The position numbers and the translations under genes were made by a program. From positions 85,725 to 149,724 of the forward strand of contig JACPZE010000020.1 in the NCBI GenBank assembly GCA_016195685.1: a stretch of 64,000 nt of DNA, written 5' to 3'. The DNA is from Candidatus Gottesmanbacteria bacterium. Lineage in GTDB: Bacteria; Patescibacteriota; Microgenomatia; 2-02-FULL-39-11. A model generated the notes under the pieces. That model was not told where the DNA came from and searched no databases. It saw only the letters and a list, made by a program, of their open reading frames with translations. Numbering within the stretch: position 1 is the first letter of the stretch; each line of letters starts with the position of its first letter. This document shows positions 58,914 through 64,000 of this stretch, piece after piece.

Positions 58914-60118
58914 AAATTGTTCATCTAACTGAATATTTTCAGCCTAAAATCGGGTATCAAGAATATTATTTAGCACTAGAACAACAAAAATTAGGTCATG
59001 AAGTTACAGTGGTTACTTCAGATCGTTACTTTCCTTTCCATGATTTTCATAAAATTTATAAAGGTATTTTAAAGGAAAGAATAATAAATCCCGGAAAGTT
59101 TATTGAGGAAAACGTTTCAGTTATCAGATTACCCGTTTTATTTGAATTCGGCCATGGGTCAGCTATTTATTTAAAGAATCTTTTCTCGACCGTTAAAAAT
59201 ATTTCGCCTGATATCATTGAAGTTGATGGTGTGTTTTCTATTTTATCTTGGCAAATCAGCACTATTGCAGAGACACTTGGTATTCCATTAGTTTATGATT
59301 CTCATGCTTCTACTTTCAATACGAAACTGAATGATACTTTTATTAAGAAAATATATTATTATTTTTTCAAATTATTTGCTATTCCACATATTAAACGCTG
59401 CGCCAAATATTACCTTGCGGTAGGAGAATCAGAAAAGTATCTATTGCAGCGTGAATATAGCCTTAAAGATAGTGAGATCACTATTATTCCACTAGGTGCT
59501 GATACGAGTAAATTTAAATTTAATGAAAAGCACCGGAATGATTTACGCAAACAATTACGTATACCAAATAATACTGTGGTTTTTATTTATGCTGGTAAAA
59601 TAACTCCCAATAAGGATATACATATACTTCTGGACGCTTTTAACCGTGTATCTAGGAATATTCCCAACGTGAAAATGTTATTGATCGGAGATGGTAATCC
59701 AACTTACATAAACACACTAGAGGATAAAATTAAAGAATATAATTTAGAGACTAGTATTATCTTCCATCCATTCGTAAAACACAAAGATTTAGCCCAATAC
59801 TTCTCTGCCGCAGACATTGGGATCTGGCCCGGCAACCTTTCCAATACTATTTTGGAAGCCCTTTCTTGTAGTTTACCTATAATTGTGCCCAAGGTTATCT
59901 CCGAAGCTCAAACGAGCGATCATCTTGTTTCATATAAAAATGGGTTTCAATTTAAAAGGGGAAGCCGATCGAGTTTGGCTGATGCTATAGAAAAATTTAA
60001 AAATAAAACAATAAGAAAACAAATGGGAGAAGCAAGTAAAAGATTAGTGATGGATTTTTTCGACTGGGAAGCAATTGCTGAAAAACATCTAAGAATATAT
60101 AATCAAATCTTACAATGA
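58910..60118 (+). CDS. GT4 glycosyltransferase
   Basis: GHEV.VVTS, IPLG.D...F, YAGK....K, IGDG, AADI, ILEAL...LP, FDW..IA. Confidence 0.85.
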   Translation: MKIVHLTEYFQPKIGYQEYYLALEQQKLGHEVTVVTSDRYFPFHDFHKIYKGILKERIINPGKFIEENVSVIRLPVLFEFGHGSAIYLKNLFSTVKNISPDIIEVDGVFSILSWQISTIAETLGIPLVYDSHASTFNTKLNDTFIKKIYYYFFKLFAIPHIKRCAKYYLAVGESEKYLLQREYSLKDSEITIIPLGADTSKFKFNEKHRNDLRKQLRIPNNTVVFIYAGKITPNKDIHILLDAFNRVSRNIPNVKMLLIGDGNPTYINTLEDKIKEYNLETSIIFHPFVKHKDLAQYFSAADIGIWPGNLSNTILEALSCSLPIIVPKVISEAQTSDHLVSYKNGFQFKRGSRSSLADAIEKFKNKTIRKQMGEASKRLVMDFFDWEAIAEKHLRIYNQILQ

Positions 60119-61125
60119 TAAAGATCGGAATTATCGGTACTGGATATTGGGGTAAACACCACATCCGCATTTTTTCAAAACTTCCATGTCAATTGGTGGG
60201 TATTGCTGATATTGATAAAACAAAAGAAAGTCTAGCAAGAGAATATAATATAAAATTTTTTACTGATTTTAACAAACTTTTGAATACGGTTGATGCAATT
60301 TCCATAGTTACCCCACCTTCAACCCATTTCGATATCGCAAAGAAGGCATTAACTGTGGGAAAACATGTGTTTATCGAAAAGCCATTTGTGTTGAAGCGAA
60401 AAGAAGCATTAGAACTGGAATCATTGAGAAAAGCTAAAAATCTAATTTTGATGGTTGGTCATATATTTTTATATCATCCAGCTATTATAGAATTGAAAAA
60501 GATAATTGAAAAGGGAGATTTAGGTCAGATATATTATATAATCTCTCAAAGACTAAATCTTGGAATAGTAAGACATGACGTAAATTCTCTTTGGAATTTC
60601 GCTCCTCATGATTTGTCTATAATTATTTATTTGTTGGGAAAGATGCCAAAAGAAGTTGAATGTATAGGCCAGTCATATTTGCAAAATAATTTAGAGGATA
60701 TAATTTTTTTAACTCTAAAATTTTCGAATAAAATATTGGCTCATATTATCCTTTCCTGGTTACATCCGTCTAAGATAAGAGAATTAACAATTGTTGGAAG
60801 TAAAAAAATGGCAGTTTTTAATGATCTTAATACAAATACTCCACTTACTGTCTATGATAAAGGTATTGACAGACAAAGATTAGGAAAAGATACGCAGTGG
60901 AAGAATTTCACAGACTTTAAAATGAAAACGCGATATGGAGAAATTATTACTCCACAGGTAAAAAGCGGGGAACCGTTAGAATTTGAATTAGAACATTTCC
61001 TAAATTGTATAAAAACTCTCTCACAACCCAGATCAGATGGTGAAAATGGATTGAAAGTTATTACTATATTAGAGGCTGCTACTAAATCCTTAAAAGAGGG
61101 AGGAAAAATAATTGATATCAAATAA
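60115..61125 (+). CDS. Gfo/Idh/MocA-family oxidoreductase (NDP-sugar 3-dehydrogenase-like)
   Basis: IG.GYWG, TP...H, GKHVF.EKP, MVGH.F.Y.PA, W..APHD, SW..P.K.R, EPL..E..HF. Confidence 0.85.
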   Translation: MIKIGIIGTGYWGKHHIRIFSKLPCQLVGIADIDKTKESLAREYNIKFFTDFNKLLNTVDAISIVTPPSTHFDIAKKALTVGKHVFIEKPFVLKRKEALELESLRKAKNLILMVGHIFLYHPAIIELKKIIEKGDLGQIYYIISQRLNLGIVRHDVNSLWNFAPHDLSIIIYLLGKMPKEVECIGQSYLQNNLEDIIFLTLKFSNKILAHIILSWLHPSKIRELTIVGSKKMAVFNDLNTNTPLTVYDKGIDRQRLGKDTQWKNFTDFKMKTRYGEIITPQVKSGEPLEFELEHFLNCIKTLSQPRSDGENGLKVITILEAATKSLKEGGKIIDIK

Positions 61126-61738
61126 TAAGATTTATAAAAGAGTCAGTATAGGCAAAGGGGGAGAATTGGGAGATTTCCTTATTATTGGTATTCCGGCTGA
61201 GGGAATAAAAGATGGACAATTTCAAACAATTATAGGGAACAGTTCCCAAATTCGCTCTCATACTGTTATATATTCCGCAAATAAAATAGGTAATAATTTC
61301 CAGACTGGTCATGGAGTTTTAATTCGAGAAAAAAATCAAATTGGAGATGATGTCAGTGTAGGAAGTCATTCAACTATAGAGCATCATGTAAAAATTGGAA
61401 ATAAAGTGAGGATTCATAGTAATACTTTTATTCCAGAATATACAATTATCAAAGATAAAGTCTGGATAGGACCCTGTGTAGTTATAACAAATGCATATCA
61501 CCCTAACAGTAAGCCAAAATGTCTAAAGGGAGTAACAATCAAAAGTGGAGCTATAATAGGAGCAAATGTCACACTTTTACCAGGGATTATAATTGGAGAT
61601 AATTCATTCATTGGAGCAGGTAGCGTAGTTACTCAAAATGTACCAAATGGCGAGATTCATGTTGGAAACCCAAATAGGAAAATACACGATAGGAAAGAAT
61701 TAATTTGTCCTTTTTGCAAAAGTATGCCTTATCGTTAA
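61112..61738 (+). CDS. Hexapeptide-repeat N-acetyltransferase (WbpD/WlbB/FdtC-like)
   Basis: Long run of hexapeptide repeats, V.IGP.VV.TN, IGANVTLLPG..IG....IGAGSVVT.NVP.....GNP; TTG start. Confidence 0.82.
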   Translation: MISNNKIYKRVSIGKGGELGDFLIIGIPAEGIKDGQFQTIIGNSSQIRSHTVIYSANKIGNNFQTGHGVLIREKNQIGDDVSVGSHSTIEHHVKIGNKVRIHSNTFIPEYTIIKDKVWIGPCVVITNAYHPNSKPKCLKGVTIKSGAIIGANVTLLPGIIIGDNSFIGAGSVVTQNVPNGEIHVGNPNRKIHDRKELICPFCKSMPYR

Positions 61739-62974
61739 TTTGCGTCTGTGCAATCCATCCGAAAAAAATATATATATAATTCGCAAAGTAATTATAAATT
61801 GTAATATACCCAGAATGCTTAAAAGCGGATCCATATTTAATCCAAATGGAATCCGTATATCCCTGCCAAGACCATATCGAAGGAAGATATTGTAAAATTG
61901 AAAAATCTCCGATATGATTAACGGCCAGAGTAAACGCGTATTTACTAAGGTAAGTGGTGTAAGTAATATTGTGGCATTATAAAAATGGTTTTCATGTGAT
62001 CTGGTAACGATCTGAGGGAAAAGTAGAGCACCGATTGCAAATAGTTTCAAAAATAAGTAAGAGATTTTATGCTTCTGGCTTATATTTTTTAATTGCCTTA
62101 CGTAAAGGAAAGCAATAATAAAAAATACAGCAAAAGAAAGCTTTTCCAGTAATGAGTATGGGTAGTAAAGAGTATTGAGTGAATAAATAGGACCTGTTAT
62201 TCCACTAATATACATGATGAATCTTGTGATCGTATACCAAATATTCACTTGATTTGCGTTAAGACTTGGCATGTAAAAACGCAAGCTGGTATACCAACCA
62301 GCAAAATAATATATAGGTTTACCAGAAATAAAGAAGTAGATACTAAATAAAATAGGAAGGATTGCGAGTCCCAGAGTAAATGTCAAAGTTTCTTTAAACT
62401 TTTTTCGTAGGACAAAATTGATTAACAAAAATAAAAAGAAAACAGTTAACGGACCTGAGACTTGTGGTTTTATCAATAAGGCTAGACTTGTAAGAAGTCC
62501 CGATACAAAAAAGGAGTTTGCCCTTTGAAGTCGATTTAAATATATCCCAGCTGATAATAAAAAGAAGGCCATACCCGCATCGAAATAGCCTAACCATGCC
62601 CCTTCTATAATAAACCAAGGATTTAGCCAATATATGAGTAAAATTAAAAATTGCTTTTTCGGGAATAGCTTAATAAGTAAAATTAGAGTTGATATTTCAA
62701 AAATTTGATTTGCAAATTTAATCGGTAAGAACCAAAGTTTAGGAATGAGCGCAGAAAAAAAACTTGCAACTGCAAAAATTAAATATGCTATGGGAAAATA
62801 CAAGCCCTCAAATCCTTTTGCTAGTCCATAAACCCTGGTATTTGTTCCCCACCTCAAGTGAGGATCCATATCAAATGTACCATTAAAGAAAAGCCCAGTA
62901 ATTCTTAAAATTAATCCAAGCAATAACAAACTAAAGAGGAAAAATCTTTGATGCTTTTTCAAAAATTCTAGCAT
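61700..62974 (-). CDS. GT-C membrane glycosyltransferase (GT87/PIG-M/ALG6-like)
   Basis: LR, GT.D, YFP, NP, W.G..D, IKPQ, N..N.W, HE.H; polytopic. ATG at 62974 preferred over 63124 because the extension overlaps the divergent gene. Confidence 0.68.
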   Translation of the reverse strand: MLEFLKKHQRFFLFSLLLLGLILRITGLFFNGTFDMDPHLRWGTNTRVYGLAKGFEGLYFPIAYLIFAVASFFSALIPKLWFLPIKFANQIFEISTLILLIKLFPKKQFLILLIYWLNPWFIIEGAWLGYFDAGMAFFLLSAGIYLNRLQRANSFFVSGLLTSLALLIKPQVSGPLTVFFLFLLINFVLRKKFKETLTFTLGLAILPILFSIYFFISGKPIYYFAGWYTSLRFYMPSLNANQVNIWYTITRFIMYISGITGPIYSLNTLYYPYSLLEKLSFAVFFIIAFLYVRQLKNISQKHKISYLFLKLFAIGALLFPQIVTRSHENHFYNATILLTPLTLVNTRLLWPLIISEIFQFYNIFLRYGLGRDIRIPFGLNMDPLLSILGILQFIITLRIIYIFFSDGLHRRKLTIRHTFAKRTN

Positions 62975-62984
62975 ATAATAAGCA

Positions 62985-62997
62985 ATTATATTATAAT
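62985..62997. promoter_or_regulatory. Putative bidirectional -10 promoter
   Basis: ATTATATTATAAT in a 43-bp divergent gap gives TATAAT on + (62992-62997) and twice on - (62990-62985, 62995-62990). Confidence 0.5.
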
Positions 62998-63017
62998 CCT
63001 TTGAAAATTTTGTAAAC

Positions 63018-64000
63018 ATGTCTTTCCAATGGACCAAAAAATATAAATATAAATTCCTTTTCCCATCATTAGTTATATTTATTATAATCTTTTCGTTTTT
63101 CTTTCCTCTCATGAATAGCTTCAAGGGTTTAGTTTTACATGACGAATCATATATTATTGATGGAGCATATAGGTTTTCCTTAGGCCAAGTACCTTATCGA
63201 GATTTCATTTATGTGACTACTCCGTTAACAGCAATGATGCATGGGGTTGTCTTCAAAATCTTTGGATATCAATATATATTTAGTAAAATATTTATAAGTT
63301 TTCAAAATGTCGTATTTACTATTTTTTTATTCATATTACTTCTTAGATTTCTTCCGATTCTTCCATCATTTCTAGCTACCCTAGCCGGATCTGTCTGGTT
63401 TTATGCAATAATTAGCGCTCCTTGGTATGATATGGACGCGTGGTTTTTCTCTCTGTTTGCTATATTTGCGTTTCTCTATTTTTATTATCTTAAAAAAGAA
63501 AATTATTTTTGGCTTTTTTTAACAGGAGTATTTGCAGCTCTTAGTTTACTTAGTAAGCAGAATATTGGTGGCGTATCCTTAGTTCTTGGAGCTTTTTCTA
63601 TATTTCTGTTACCCAGAGGTGATATAGGTAAACGCCTAATTGCATATATTATCGGGGGATCTTTAATTCTGATTTTGTTTCTCGTTTATTTAAATTTGCA
63701 TGGTGCGCTACAATATTTCTATGATCAGGCCATAAAATTGGCATTTCTTGCCAAAAGTGAACAAAAATATCTCTCAATACCATTTTTTGGTCCAGTCTGG
63801 CAACCACACTTTATAATAATAGATTTAATCATTTTAATTACATGTTTTTCTTTTCTGCTTTGCATAATTCAATATTACAGGGACAAAGACAAAGAGGCTC
63901 TAGTCCATCTTTTAACAATAATCTGGATAGGTTTTATATTTGAGGCAGGAATATTTTCTCAAGATGGGGCTAATATATTATGGCAATTAAGTTTTACCGG
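63018..64000 (+). CDS. GT-C-like membrane protein, 3'-truncated by window edge (absent from ORF track)
   Basis: Own translation from ATG 63018: MSFQWTKK...TM...LHDESYIIDGAYR...GQVPYRDF...TPL...PWYDMD...LSKQNIG, open to base 64000. Confidence 0.75.
   Translation, partial: MSFQWTKKYKYKFLFPSLVIFIIIFSFFFPLMNSFKGLVLHDESYIIDGAYRFSLGQVPYRDFIYVTTPLTAMMHGVVFKIFGYQYIFSKIFISFQNVVFTIFLFILLLRFLPILPSFLATLAGSVWFYAIISAPWYDMDAWFFSLFAIFAFLYFYYLKKENYFWLFLTGVFAALSLLSKQNIGGVSLVLGAFSIFLLPRGDIGKRLIAYIIGGSLILILFLVYLNLHGALQYFYDQAIKLAFLAKSEQKYLSIPFFGPVWQPHFIIIDLIILITCFSFLLCIIQYYRDKDKEALVHLLTIIWIGFIFEAGIFSQDGANILWQLSFT

Noticed and set aside
809-62630. Many short (60-145 aa) alternative-frame and antisense ORFs in the ORF track, e.g. 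809-1225, 16095-16532, 51647-51985
   Set aside because: All lie inside well-supported genes, have no recognisable motifs and read as shadow frames.
62975-63124. 50-aa N-terminal extension of the minus-strand GT-C (track start 63124)
   Set aside because: It overlaps the divergent CDS starting at 63018 and spans the putative promoter; ATG 62974 puts TM1 at the N-terminus as in the other GT-Cs.
1-64000. Alternative genetic code (TGA read as Gly or Trp)
   Set aside because: Proteins are full length under the standard code and TGA repeatedly acts as stop in ATGA overlaps.
1-64000. CRISPR arrays, DGR, IS/integrase, prophage, rRNA/tRNA, riboswitch
   Set aside because: No spaced direct repeats, reverse transcriptase, transposase or recombinase ORFs were seen; the largest gap is 131 bp, AT-rich and without convincing RNA structure.

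Overview
AT-rich, gene-dense window (standard genetic code) made up entirely of one surface-glycosylation locus that runs off both ends. It holds about 55 CDSs, all on the + strand except one near the right end. Contents: about 14 nucleotide-sugar and tailoring enzymes (RmlD, Ugd, Gmd-like, Uxs, CDP-tyvelose-epimerase-like, WbiB-like, UDP-hexose 4-epimerase-like, GME-like, a flavoprotein, Gfo/Idh/MocA, two hexapeptide acyltransferases, a methyltransferase, a cupin); 6 GT2 enzymes of the polyprenyl-phosphate-sugar synthase type; 6 other GT2 and 4 GT4 enzymes; a Wzx flippase; a DUF2304-like partner; an exported deacetylase-like protein; and 22 polytopic GT-C-like membrane proteins. The GT-C set includes an array of 7 intact paralogues plus one shortened copy lacking the acidic catalytic loop. 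Gene style suggests a Patescibacteria (CPR, Microgenomates-like) genome, which is inference only. No rRNA, tRNA, CRISPR or mobile element was seen. The best candidate for an undescribed system is a modular, lipid-linked-donor, extracytoplasmic glycan-decoration machinery with an unknown acceptor. All family calls come from reading motifs by eye; no database searches were run.
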